Shown: positions 1 through 8,629 of the stretch, piece by piece
Layout: every line of letters begins with the position of its first letter
Numbering within the stretch: the stretch's first letter is position 1
Assembly (NCBI GenBank): GCA_963769185.1
Contig: CAVYKP010000007.1
Location: 466,449-530,448 of the forward strand
DNA from: an uncultured Acidobacteriaceae bacterium
GTDB lineage: Bacteria; Acidobacteriota; Terriglobia; Terriglobales; Acidobacteriaceae
Length of the DNA: 64,000 bases
Reading direction: 5' to 3'
Made by a program: the position numbers and the translations under genes
The notes under the pieces: model-generated
The model's input: the letters and a program-made list of their open reading frames with translations, nothing else
Told to the model about the DNA's origin: nothing
Databases searched by the model: none

Positions 1-23
1 AAAGAATCCAGTCCCCGGCGGAT

Positions 24-386
24 CTAACGGTTTCGCCAGCCGTCGATGGCCTGGCGGATGGCGGCTGGGGCAAGGTTGCTGCAGCGCATTTTGTATTCCG
101 GGATGCCGCCCAAGGCGTCGGCTACGGCTTGCTCGGTGATGGCGTAGGCCTCATCGAGCGGCCGGCCTAGCACCATTTCGGTCGCCATGGAGGAGCAGGC
201 GATGGCGACGGCGCAGCCCATGCACTTGAACTTTGCTTCCTGAATGAGGTCATTTTCGATGCGCAGCGTGACGAGGACGGTGTCGCTGTCGAAGGAGCTT
301 TTGACCAGGGCTTTTGCCGAAGGCTCTTCGACCGCACCCGTGTTGCGCGGATGCCGGTAGTGATCGATCACCTGTTCGCTATACAC
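24..386 (-). CDS. IscU/NifU-like Fe-S cluster scaffold protein
   Basis: 120-aa ORF. The YSEQVIDHYRHPRN N-terminus and the GCAVAIACSS and RCSNLA motifs match the IscU/SufU scaffold family. The position of the first ligand Cys reads FDSD. Confidence 0.75.
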   Translation of the reverse strand: MYSEQVIDHYRHPRNTGAVEEPSAKALVKSSFDSDTVLVTLRIENDLIQEAKFKCMGCAVAIACSSMATEMVLGRPLDEAYAITEQAVADALGGIPEYKMRCSNLAPAAIRQAIDGWRNR

Positions 387-476
387 GGCGCGTACCCAAG
401 CAAGAGTTCAGGCGAGTGTTCAGGGCGGAGAGGTTTGAAGCCGGTTCCATCGAAAGAATATGATAGCCCCACATCG

Positions 477-1313
477 ATGATGGCGGACTTCTACTCCAAG
501 GCGGCGGAACTTACTGCGCAGGGCATGCCCTTTGCCATCGCCACGGTGGTGCGCGTGACCGGATCGTCTTCGGCGAGGCGGGGGTCGAAAGCGCTGATCG
601 GCGCCAACGGCAAGCTGGTGACCGGCTGGGTCGGCGGCGGTTGCGCCGAAAGCGCGGTGCGCGAAGAAGCGCTGCGATCGATCGAAACAGAACGCCCGCG
701 ATTGATAACCGTGGACATGAGCGATGAACTGCTGGGCGTGGGCATGCCCTGCGGAGGGACCATGGATATCTTTGTCGAACCGGTACTGCCGAAGCCTCCC
801 ATGCTGGTTGTGGGCCATGGCCGTATTGCCGAGACGCTGGCTACGCTGGGTCACTTGATGGGGTTTTCCATTACGGTGAATGATCCGGCGGCGGAGCGGA
901 GCGAGTTCCCTACGGCGGAACGGCTGGTCACAGAGGATTTCGATCTGACCGAAACTCCCATAGGGCCGAAGTCGTTCGTGGTGATTGCGACGCAGCACAA
1001 GCGAGATCACCTGTGGCTCAAGAAAGCGCTCGAGGGAAACGCAGCCTACGTGGCATTGATTGCCAGCCGGCACCGGTCGAAGCTGGTGCTGGATTTTCTT
1101 CGCAGCGAAGGCGTGGCCGAGGAGAAGATCGCGACGGTCTGGGCTCCGGCAGGGCTGCATCTGGGGGCAAGCACTCCGGAAGAGATCGCGCTCAGCGTCG
1201 TGAGCCAGATGGTGGCCCTCCGGCGCGGCGGAAGCATTATGCCGGTGGCTCTGCAGCAGCAGGGCGAAGAACGCCGCGAGTTGGATGTGGATGCGGTGAT
1301 TCGCCAGTGCTGA
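477..1313 (+). CDS. XdhC/CoxI family molybdoenzyme accessory protein
   Basis: ORF 351..1313. Family-like sequence begins at MMADFY (ATG at 477). XdhC-type N-terminal segment FAIATVVRVTGSSSARRGSKALI plus a Rossmann-like half PMLVVGHGRIAETLA. Confidence 0.8.
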   Translation: MMADFYSKAAELTAQGMPFAIATVVRVTGSSSARRGSKALIGANGKLVTGWVGGGCAESAVREEALRSIETERPRLITVDMSDELLGVGMPCGGTMDIFVEPVLPKPPMLVVGHGRIAETLATLGHLMGFSITVNDPAAERSEFPTAERLVTEDFDLTETPIGPKSFVVIATQHKRDHLWLKKALEGNAAYVALIASRHRSKLVLDFLRSEGVAEEKIATVWAPAGLHLGASTPEEIALSVVSQMVALRRGGSIMPVALQQQGEERRELDVDAVIRQC

Positions 1314-1394
1314 GATCTTCCACTTTTACTTTAAGTATCACCCCTAAACCCATGCTGCCCCGATATGTGGGCTATTGAGTGGTGTCTCTGACCA

Positions 1395-1454
1395 TATGCG
1401 AGGTTACCCAGCGGCTGAACGGGCTGGGGAAAGGTTTGAAGGGTACGGGCTTTA
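1395..1454. repeat. Left arm of a hairpin-type interspersed repeat (family B) interrupted by the IS5 element
   Basis: Ends in GAAGGGTACGGGCTTTA. Joined to 2782.. it recreates the hairpin GGGTACGGGCTTTAGCCCGTAC seen intact at 2883-2904. Confidence 0.6.
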
Positions 1455-2781
1455 AGAGTTTGCGGAAAAATGGTTGGTTTGTGGTTAACTGAGCGCCTGT
1501 TTACTCGAAGGGAGCCCCTCAGGCGATGTGTTGGATGCGGTTTCCGAGCGTTTGGGCGGCGTTTTAGCCGTCCTCACGGCTGCCTTTGGCAGCCAGCAAA
1601 CACACGTCGGCCTTAGATGGCCGGTGTTAGCAGCGGGATGAGCCGGCGCATCCGCACCAGATCGTAGGCAGCCATGGTAAGCCGATGGAACCAGTCCACA
1701 CGTTTCAGTCCGCGTAGTTTGACCTGACGGAGTAGCCGATCCGATTTGCTCCACCCGAAGCACTGCTCGATCCACTTGCGTTTGGCCAGACTGATCGGGC
1801 GCCGTTTGTCCTTGCGTTCCCGAGCAGTCAGGCAGTTCTTTTCCAGATTGCCCTTGATGTATTCGTGGATATGAGGAGCTACCTTGCGCTCACGTAAGGC
1901 GTGGATAAATTCCTCTTGCTGATACAAAGTGTCGCCGCCCAGCGTGATCCTCTTGCCCAGCCGTCTCCACTTGCAGCCGATCACCCGATCCAGCATCTCC
2001 AACGCTATCTGCCGCTCGGCCGCAGGAGAGCATTGGCTGGCTTGCGCGGCCACGATCAATCCGTTGCGGTTCTCCATCAAGGCATGGCCCTGATAGCTCG
2101 GAACCGCCTTATCCGGCTTCGCTTTCTTATACAATCGGGCGTCCGCATCGGTGCTCGACTCCACCTTGTCGCATAGCAACAGCTCCCCCCGACTGCCAGT
2201 GCCAGAGCCTGAAGCGGGAGGGTCCTTCTTCGCCTTGAAGCTCTGCGCCGAAGCCCAGGCCTGGATCAGAGTGCCGTCCACGGTGAAGTGCTCCTCGCTC
2301 AGCAAACTATGCTCACGCGCCTGCTCCACCACACATACCAGCAGCTGCTGACTGGCCTGCCCTGCGATCAACCGCTCCCGGTTCTTGGTGAATACCGTCA
2401 CATCCCACACCGCATCGTCCATCTCCAAACCGACAAACCAACGGAACAACAGGTTGTAGTCCAGTTGCTCCATCAATTGCCGCTCCGAACGAATGGAGTA
2501 CAGCACCATCAGCAGTTGCGCTCGCAAAAGACGTTCCGGCGCGATCGATGGACGTCCTCGGCTGGCATACATCGCATCCAGTGCCGCATCCATACGCTCC
2601 AGCGCTCGATCCACCAGTATCCGTATCTGGCGCGCCGGATGATCCGCCCGAATCCGCCGCTCCATCGTCACATAGCTGTACATCAATCCCTGCTTCTGAT
2701 CACTCCCTCGCATGCTTCTTTTTTAGTTCAGCCGCTCGCCCCTTGAAAGTCCCTTACTAGATGACTTTTTCCGCAAACTCT
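1455..2781 (-). mobile_element. IS5-family insertion sequence (1,327 bp)
   Basis: Perfect 16-bp terminal inverted repeats AGAGTTTGCGGAAAAA (1455-1470, and reverse complement at 2766-2781). Flanking TTA direct repeat at 1452-1454 and 2782-2784. Single DDE transposase ORF inside. Confidence 0.85.
1613..2713 (-). CDS. IS5-family DDE transposase
   Basis: 366-aa ORF with an InsH/DUF772-type N-terminus (RGRPSIAPERLLRAQLLMVLYSIRSERQLMEQLDYNLLFRWFVGL) and a DDE-type C-terminal half. Confidence 0.9.
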   Translation of the reverse strand: MRGSDQKQGLMYSYVTMERRIRADHPARQIRILVDRALERMDAALDAMYASRGRPSIAPERLLRAQLLMVLYSIRSERQLMEQLDYNLLFRWFVGLEMDDAVWDVTVFTKNRERLIAGQASQQLLVCVVEQAREHSLLSEEHFTVDGTLIQAWASAQSFKAKKDPPASGSGTGSRGELLLCDKVESSTDADARLYKKAKPDKAVPSYQGHALMENRNGLIVAAQASQCSPAAERQIALEMLDRVIGCKWRRLGKRITLGGDTLYQQEEFIHALRERKVAPHIHEYIKGNLEKNCLTARERKDKRRPISLAKRKWIEQCFGWSKSDRLLRQVKLRGLKRVDWFHRLTMAAYDLVRMRRLIPLLTPAI

Positions 2782-2913
2782 TTAGCCCGTACGTTGATTC
2801 ACAGGATGGAAACGGCTTTAGCCGCTGAGGGTAATGTCGGTTTCCCTCGGCGGCTGAAGCCGGATTTTATTCCATCACTTACGTACGGGCTAAAGCCCGT
2901 ACCCTTCAACCCT
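2782..2913. repeat. Family B hairpin repeat element (right arm plus body)
   Basis: About 130 bp with GC hairpins (CGGCTTTAGCCG, GGCTGAAGCC, GTACGGGCTAAAGCCCGTAC). Reverse-complement homolog of 43806-43936. Confidence 0.7.
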
Positions 2914-2958
2914 TTGAATCTTCCACTCTTACTTTAACTATCGCCCTTAAATATCTGT

Positions 2959-3573
2959 TCAAGATGACCTAGAGCCACCCCTCAATCCCGCGCGCCTAGC
3001 CTGCTCATAATCCGCTGGCGTGTCGATATCCCGCAACACACCTGAATCTTCCACTTCCACTTTAACTATCGCCTCTAAATGGCTGCCCAGGATGACCCTA
3101 AACCCTGCATCTCCTTCAAGGGCACTTGCTTCCCCAAATAGCGCGCGGTCGAAGAGGACCGGGTTTCCCCGGCTGCCCTGGTACGTGGGCACGATGATCC
3201 TGGCCAACGTGCGGCGGTACTCGCTCATGAGGCTATCGTAGGTTTCGGGGTGGATGAACGGCTGATCGGCCAGGACGATGAGGGCAGCCCGGCTTTGCGG
3301 GCTGGCCGCGGAGAGCCCCGCGCGAAGTGAGGCGGCGATTCCTTCTTCGTAGCGGGGGTTGAAGACAACCTTGACGGATTCAGGAAGCGAAAGTTGCGCC
3401 TGAATGGCTTCGGCCGAGGCGCCCAGAACCAGGATGATTTCGTCGGCCGTGGTCTGGCGCAGGTTTTCGAGTGTCTGCTGCAACAGGGTCGTTTGCCCCA
3501 ACGGCAGAAGCTGCTTGAGCTGGCCCATGCGGGTGGAGCGGCCGGCTGCCAGGACGATCGCGCTTACGTGCAT
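2959..3573 (-). CDS. MobA/MocA-like nucleotidyltransferase (molybdenum cofactor nucleotidylyltransferase family)
   Basis: ORF 2959..3594. The likely start gives MHVSAIVLAAGRSTRMG (the LAAGxSxRMG NTP-transferase motif). It is convergent with xdhC. The 3' end overlaps a duplicated segment. Confidence 0.75.
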   Translation of the reverse strand: MHVSAIVLAAGRSTRMGQLKQLLPLGQTTLLQQTLENLRQTTADEIILVLGASAEAIQAQLSLPESVKVVFNPRYEEGIAASLRAGLSAASPQSRAALIVLADQPFIHPETYDSLMSEYRRTLARIIVPTYQGSRGNPVLFDRALFGEASALEGDAGFRVILGSHLEAIVKVEVEDSGVLRDIDTPADYEQARRAGLRGGSRSS

Positions 3574-3633
3574 CCGACCATTGTAGAGATACAAAAAAGC
3601 GTAAAATGTAAGTAACGGACTGGAGCGTTATGT

Positions 3634-5295
3634 ATGCTGCGCAAGCCCAGAACGTTCGTAGTTCTTCTTATCGGTCTGCTGGTATTAAGCCTGGTTCCCG
3701 CCCTGCAAGCTCAGACCACTCCTGTTCCTTCTCCACAACAACTGGATCAGTTACTCGCTCCGATCGCCTTGTACCCTGATTCCCTGCTGGCGCAGATCAC
3801 GACGGCGTCGACCAATCCGCAGGAAATTCTAGATTTCGATAACTGGCTGGCTCAGAACCAGGACATGACCCTGTCGCAGTTGACAGAGGCTGCTCAGCAA
3901 AAGCGGTTCGACCCGGCGTTTATCGCGCTGGCCGGGTTCCCTCAGGTCGTGCGGATGATGGCGGAGCATATCGACGACTATGCCGCGATTGGGGCGGCTG
4001 TCTCGGCGAATCAGGAGGAGGTGTCCGCGTCGGTGCAACGGCTGCGGGCGCAGGCTTATGCTTCAGGCGTGCTGCGCAGCACGCCTGAGCAGTCCGTCGA
4101 GGTGCAGCAGTACGGCGATCAACAACCCAATTACTCCATTCAGCCGGAGAATCCGCAGGTGGTCTATGTGCCGCAATACGACCCCACGGTGGTCTATGCG
4201 GGCGCGGGGTTGTATCCCGGGCTGCTCTCGTTTGGCCTGGGCATCGGAATCTCGCCTCTGCTGGTGAACGATCCCTGGGGTTGGTACGGATGGGGATGGA
4301 ACTGGGGCTTGCAGCGAATCTATTACAACTACTATCCATGGGGCGGCTGGTATGGGGGCTATCGGCCTTCGCATTACTGGTACCGGCCTCGCCCGATCAT
4401 GTATGACCACCGTCCGGGCTATGGCGGAGACTGGGGCTACCGGCCACCAGGGTACCTGCCGCCGAAACCCATCAAGCCGCCGCCCGGAGCACCTCAACCG
4501 AAGAATCCTGGAACGGGGCCGGCTCAACCCACTCATCCCGGAGCTACGCCAGGCATTCGTCATCCTTCCAGACCTACGGATGAAAGACCCATCACGGGAC
4601 CAACCACGGGAACAGGCACGGGAAGCCGGCCGCCGGCTGGTCCTTCGCAGCCGGTAAGGCCGGGGACGGGTACGCCGGGGAACAAGCCGCAGCCTGCGCC
4701 GCCGACAGCCCGGCCTGCGCAACCGGCGCCCGGGCATGCCCCACAGATGCAACTGCCTTCCCGGCAGCCTCAGCCGCAAGTGCAGGACCGTCCTTCCACG
4801 GCTCCCAATAGGCCACAATCGCAGATGCAGCGGCCTGTTCAGCCGTCTCGTCCGCAGTCGCAATATGGACTGCGCGCCGCTCCACAGGTTGGGCTCCCGG
4901 CGCCTTCGTCACAGATGCAGCGGCCTATCCAGCCGTCACGCCCGCCGATGCAATACCGGGCGCCTACAGCTCCGCAGTATCGGTCCCCGGCGCCGGCGTT
5001 CAGGCCCGCTCCGCAGATGCAGCGGCCTATCCAGCCGTCACGCCCGCCGATGCAATACCGGGCGCCCGCGGCTCCGCAGTTCCGGTCCCCCGCGCCGGCG
5101 TTCAGACCCGCGCCGCAGATGCAGCGGCCTATCCAGCCGGCTCCGCCGATGCAATACCGGGCGCCCGCGGCTCCGCAGTTCCGGTCCCCGGCGCCGGCGT
5201 TCAGACCCGCTCCGCAGATGCAGGCGCCTCGCCCGCAGATGCAAGCACGGCCGATGGGCGGCCCGGCGCACGGTGGCGGTAGCAGACCCAGGTGA
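3634..5295 (+). CDS. DUF3300 domain protein with a long Pro/Gln-rich repetitive tail
   Basis: Signal peptide (LLIGLLVLSLVPALQA). DUF3300-like QLDQLLAPIALYPDSLLAQI segment. The C-terminal half is low-complexity PQMQRPIQPSRPPMQYRAP repeats. Confidence 0.8.
   Translation: MLRKPRTFVVLLIGLLVLSLVPALQAQTTPVPSPQQLDQLLAPIALYPDSLLAQITTASTNPQEILDFDNWLAQNQDMTLSQLTEAAQQKRFDPAFIALAGFPQVVRMMAEHIDDYAAIGAAVSANQEEVSASVQRLRAQAYASGVLRSTPEQSVEVQQYGDQQPNYSIQPENPQVVYVPQYDPTVVYAGAGLYPGLLSFGLGIGISPLLVNDPWGWYGWGWNWGLQRIYYNYYPWGGWYGGYRPSHYWYRPRPIMYDHRPGYGGDWGYRPPGYLPPKPIKPPPGAPQPKNPGTGPAQPTHPGATPGIRHPSRPTDERPITGPTTGTGTGSRPPAGPSQPVRPGTGTPGNKPQPAPPTARPAQPAPGHAPQMQLPSRQPQPQVQDRPSTAPNRPQSQMQRPVQPSRPQSQYGLRAAPQVGLPAPSSQMQRPIQPSRPPMQYRAPTAPQYRSPAPAFRPAPQMQRPIQPSRPPMQYRAPAAPQFRSPAPAFRPAPQMQRPIQPAPPMQYRAPAAPQFRSPAPAFRPAPQMQAPRPQMQARPMGGPAHGGGSRPR
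4912..5214 (+). repeat. In-frame tandem repeat, 3 copies of about 102 nt
   Basis: Units start at 4912, 5014 and 5116; the next CAGATGCAG is at 5215. Each encodes QMQRPIQPSRPPMQYRAPAAPQFRSPAPAFRPAP. The third copy is 99 nt. Confidence 0.85.
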
Positions 5296-5297
5296 CC

Positions 5298-7982
5298 TTA
5301 TGGCCCCACGCGCACTTGCGTGGAGGGCACCATTTCGCTGGATGTGCCTCCGGCGGCGTTGATGTAACAGTTACGGGTGTAATCCATGACCATGCGGTCG
5401 GCGCTGAAGCGCCAGCCGAGGGTGCGTATGGTTCGCTTCATTCGCGTGATCCAGCCGAGAGGCAGGCCGTCTCTGTCGCGGCTGTAGTAGAGCGGAATGA
5501 CCTCATCTCTCAGAACCCGGTACAGATCTTCTCCGTCTCTTTCGTCATGCACGCTCATGTTGGAGTGGGTTCTGCCGTTGCCGATGGCAAATCCGTTGAG
5601 GCCGTCGTAAGCTTCGGCCCACCAGCCATCGAGCACCGATAAATTCAGCCCCCCGTTCAAAACTACTTTTTGACCGCTGGTGCCCGAGGCTTCCAACGGA
5701 CGCCTCGGGTTGTTGAGCCACACATCGACTCCCTGCACCAGGTAACGGCCTACGTTGATGTCGTAGTTTTCGATGAAGACAAACTTGTCTCTGAACATCG
5801 GGTCGCGCATCATCTCGGCAACTTGCTGCAGCACTTGCTTGCCAGGCTCGTCGTGCGGGTGAGCCTTGCCGGCAAATAGAAACTGCACCGGGCGCTTGGC
5901 ATCGTTGACCAGCGACGCCAGCCGCTCAAGATCCTGCAGGATGAGGTTCGCTCGCTTATAGGTGGCGAAGCGGCGGGCGAAGCCGATGGTGAGCGCGTCG
6001 GTCGAGAGAACACTGCTGAGGCGGTTCAGCGTTTCTTCAGGCTCGTTGCGGCGCAGGGCTTGTTCGCGGGCGCGGCGGCGTACAAACTCGATGAGCTGCG
6101 TCTTGAGCGAGAGATGGGTTTCCCAGAGTTCGCCGTCGTCTACCTGTTCGATGGGCTCCCAGGTGCGCAGCCATGAGCTCTTGCCCTGCCAGCCGACTCC
6201 AAGATGACGGTCATACAGGCGCGACATTTGCGGCGCGAGCCATGAGGGCACGTGTACTCCGTTGGTGATGTGGCCAATGGGTACGGCATCTTCCGGCTTG
6301 TCGGGGTAAAGGCCTTTCCACATGGCTCTCGATACTTCTCCGTGGAGCGAAGAGACGGCATTCGCGCGGCGAGAAAGTAACAGTCCCAGTACGGTCATGC
6401 AGAAGGGTTCGTCCTGATCTTCAGGATGCTCGCGGCCAAAGCCCATGAGGCGGTCGCTCGTGATGCCCAGCTGCTCGCGCAACGGGCCCAGGTGTTCTTC
6501 GATAAGATCGCCGGGAAAACGGTCATGGCCGGCGGGCACCGGCGTGTGCGTGGTGAAGATGACCTCGCGCGAAACCTCGTTGACGGCGGCGTCGAACTCG
6601 ATGCCTTCTTCCTGCATGCGATCGCGAACCGCTTCAAGAACGACGAAGGCGCTGTGGCCTTCGTTCAGATGGAGCACGCCGGGCGAGATGCCCATGGCTT
6701 TCAGGGCGCGGTAGCCGCCTATGCCGAGCAGCAGTTCCTGGCGGATGCGGGTGCGTCCGTCGCCGCCGTAAAGCCGCGAGGTGAGTTCGAGGTCTTCCGG
6801 CGCATTGCCGGCTACGTTTGAGTCGAGCAGCAGCAGCATGGCGCGGCCTACCTGCACGCGCCAAACCTTGGCGCAGAGATCGCCGCCGCGGGTTTTGATT
6901 TCTACCACGACGGGTTCGCCCTTCTGCCCGATGGCCAGTTCCATGGGCAGCTGGCTTATGTCGGTGGGCAAGTATTCCTCGCACTGCCAGCCTTTCTCGT
7001 CGAGGTATTGGCGGAAGTAGCCCTGGCCGTAGAAGAGGCCGATGCCGATCAGCGGGATGCCGAGATCGCTGGCGCTCTTGATGTGATCGCCGGCCAGCAC
7101 GCCGAGTCCTCCGGAATAGATGGGCAGGGATTCATGCAGGCCAAACTCGGCTGAGAAGTAGGCGACGGGCCGCGGGCGCAGGACACCGGCATTCAGCCCA
7201 CCCCAGGTGCGGTCGGCACGAAGGTATTCCTGCTGGCGGCGATAGACGTAGTTGATGCGGCTGTGCAGGCCGAGTTCGGTGGCGCGGTTTTCGAGCTCGC
7301 CCAAAGGGATCTCGTTGAGAAGCGCGATGGGGTTGTGGTTGAGCTCAGACCAGCGGGCGGGGCTGAGATCGTGGAAGAGGCTGATGCAGTCGTAGTCCCA
7401 ACACCAGGAGAGATTGTGCGCCACCGTCCAGAGACGCTCCTGCGCGGGAGCGATGAAGCGCTCGAGGGTTCGGGCTTCGGCCACCACCGGGGCGACCTGG
7501 CTGGCCGCGTCCGTCAGCATGCGGATTTCGGCTTCGGTGAAGAGCCGGGGCTCTACGGTCTGCACGACCAAGACACCAAGCAGCACTCCGCCATCGATGA
7601 GGGGCACGCCCAGGAAGGAGTGGAAGCGGTCTTCGTCTGCCTCCTTGAAATATTTGAAACGGGGATGGTTGGGGGCGTCGACCACGGCTATGGGCCTGAC
7701 CTGTTCGGCAACCAGGCCGGTAAGACCCTCGCTCACGGGCATGCGCAGACGGCCGACGGAGCTCTGTCTGAGGCCAAGGGTCGCGGCCAGCACGAGGTTG
7801 GAACGGTCGGGTTCGAGCAGATAGGCGGAGCAGACGTCGGTGCGGAATCGGGCGGCAATGAGGGCGACGACGTTCATGAGCGTGTCGGCGGGTTTCCCAC
7901 CCTGCTCGCTAAGCCTGGACACTTCCTCCAGGGTGAGCGCGTGGGTCGCATCGGTAATTTCGGTCAAAGGGGTGCCTCGCAA
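5298..7982 (-). CDS. glgP: Alpha-glucan (glycogen) phosphorylase family protein with N-terminal GAF domain
   Basis: 894 aa. The N-terminal ~175 aa are GAF-like (CSAYLLEPDRSNLVLAATLGL ... FLGVPLIDGGVLLGVLVVQT). The rest is GT35 alpha-glucan phosphorylase (LPIYSGGLGVLAGDHIKSASDLG, EASGTSGQKVVLNG). Confidence 0.85.
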   Translation of the reverse strand: MRGTPLTEITDATHALTLEEVSRLSEQGGKPADTLMNVVALIAARFRTDVCSAYLLEPDRSNLVLAATLGLRQSSVGRLRMPVSEGLTGLVAEQVRPIAVVDAPNHPRFKYFKEADEDRFHSFLGVPLIDGGVLLGVLVVQTVEPRLFTEAEIRMLTDAASQVAPVVAEARTLERFIAPAQERLWTVAHNLSWCWDYDCISLFHDLSPARWSELNHNPIALLNEIPLGELENRATELGLHSRINYVYRRQQEYLRADRTWGGLNAGVLRPRPVAYFSAEFGLHESLPIYSGGLGVLAGDHIKSASDLGIPLIGIGLFYGQGYFRQYLDEKGWQCEEYLPTDISQLPMELAIGQKGEPVVVEIKTRGGDLCAKVWRVQVGRAMLLLLDSNVAGNAPEDLELTSRLYGGDGRTRIRQELLLGIGGYRALKAMGISPGVLHLNEGHSAFVVLEAVRDRMQEEGIEFDAAVNEVSREVIFTTHTPVPAGHDRFPGDLIEEHLGPLREQLGITSDRLMGFGREHPEDQDEPFCMTVLGLLLSRRANAVSSLHGEVSRAMWKGLYPDKPEDAVPIGHITNGVHVPSWLAPQMSRLYDRHLGVGWQGKSSWLRTWEPIEQVDDGELWETHLSLKTQLIEFVRRRAREQALRRNEPEETLNRLSSVLSTDALTIGFARRFATYKRANLILQDLERLASLVNDAKRPVQFLFAGKAHPHDEPGKQVLQQVAEMMRDPMFRDKFVFIENYDINVGRYLVQGVDVWLNNPRRPLEASGTSGQKVVLNGGLNLSVLDGWWAEAYDGLNGFAIGNGRTHSNMSVHDERDGEDLYRVLRDEVIPLYYSRDRDGLPLGWITRMKRTIRTLGWRFSADRMVMDYTRNCYINAAGGTSSEMVPSTQVRVGP

Positions 7983-8054
7983 ACTGTGCTATTTCGAGTG
8001 TGCATCCAGGGCGGTGCCGCTGTGAAGGGAAATTGACGAGAGGGTTTGCAGCGC

Positions 8055-8629
8055 GCCAAAACGAAACCAACCAATGTCTCACAAGGAAACAAAACCAACC
8101 TTCCCTGGCCAACCGGAAAGTCCCGCAGGGCCTGGCCTGAGCGAAGTCGAATGGCGACAGCGGAAATCAGCCCACGCTTCAAGTCCTGGATTAGGGGTAA
8201 GCCAATCGACCAAGTCCCAAGAACAGTTGAAGATGGGCTGGCTAAAACAAAACCAATCTCCCCTGGCCAACCGAACAGTCCCGTAGAGCCTGGCCTGAGC
8301 GAAGTCAAATGGCGACGGCTGAAAGTAGCCCACGATTCAAGTCCTGGATGAGGGGTAAGCCAATCGACCAAGTCCCAGGAACAGTTGAAGATTGGGCCGG
8401 CCAAAACAAAATCGCCCTGAATTCGCAACCGAACAGTCCCGTAGGGACGGCTGAAAGTAGCCCAGGACGCAGTCCTGGGTTTATCGACAAAAAGAGGAAT
8501 AAAGTCCCGTAGGGACGGCTAAGCAGATGCCCCCCATGTGCGAGCCAACTGCTTATAAAACGAAACCAATCTCCAATCCCGCGGCGACGACTGAAACCAG
8601 CCCCAGGACGCAATCCGAGTGCGTTAGAG
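8055..8629. repeat. REP-like repeat array downstream of the RAYT gene
   Basis: Two ~158/154-bp tandem units (8103-8260, 8261-8414) plus a partial third. Recurrent motifs are AAAACGAAACCA, the palindrome GTCCCGTAGGGAC (8436-8448, 8504-8516), and the hairpin CCCAGGACGCAGTCCTGGG (8461-8479). Confidence 0.8.

Noticed and set aside
420-1160. Long antisense or alternative-frame ORFs throughout the window. Examples: 420..1160(-), 4063..4863(-), 4736..5362(+), 7263..8036(+), 10263..11342(+), 14331..15350(+), 16000..16962(+), 40037..40888(+), 42246..43280(+), 49655..50593(+), 55545..56381(+), 56487..57791(+).
   Set aside because: They lie opposite to, or out of frame with, ORFs that have clear family signatures. 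Their Arg/Gly/Ala/Pro-rich composition is typical of shadow ORFs in high-GC DNA, and none shows a recognisable motif.
8103-8480. Possible CRISPR array, suggested by the regular repeats near 8.1-8.5 kb and at 34.7-34.9 kb.
   Set aside because: The periods are about 158 bp and 80 bp with no unique spacers between short repeats. The units are composite REP-type palindromes or simple tandem duplications, and no cas genes are present.
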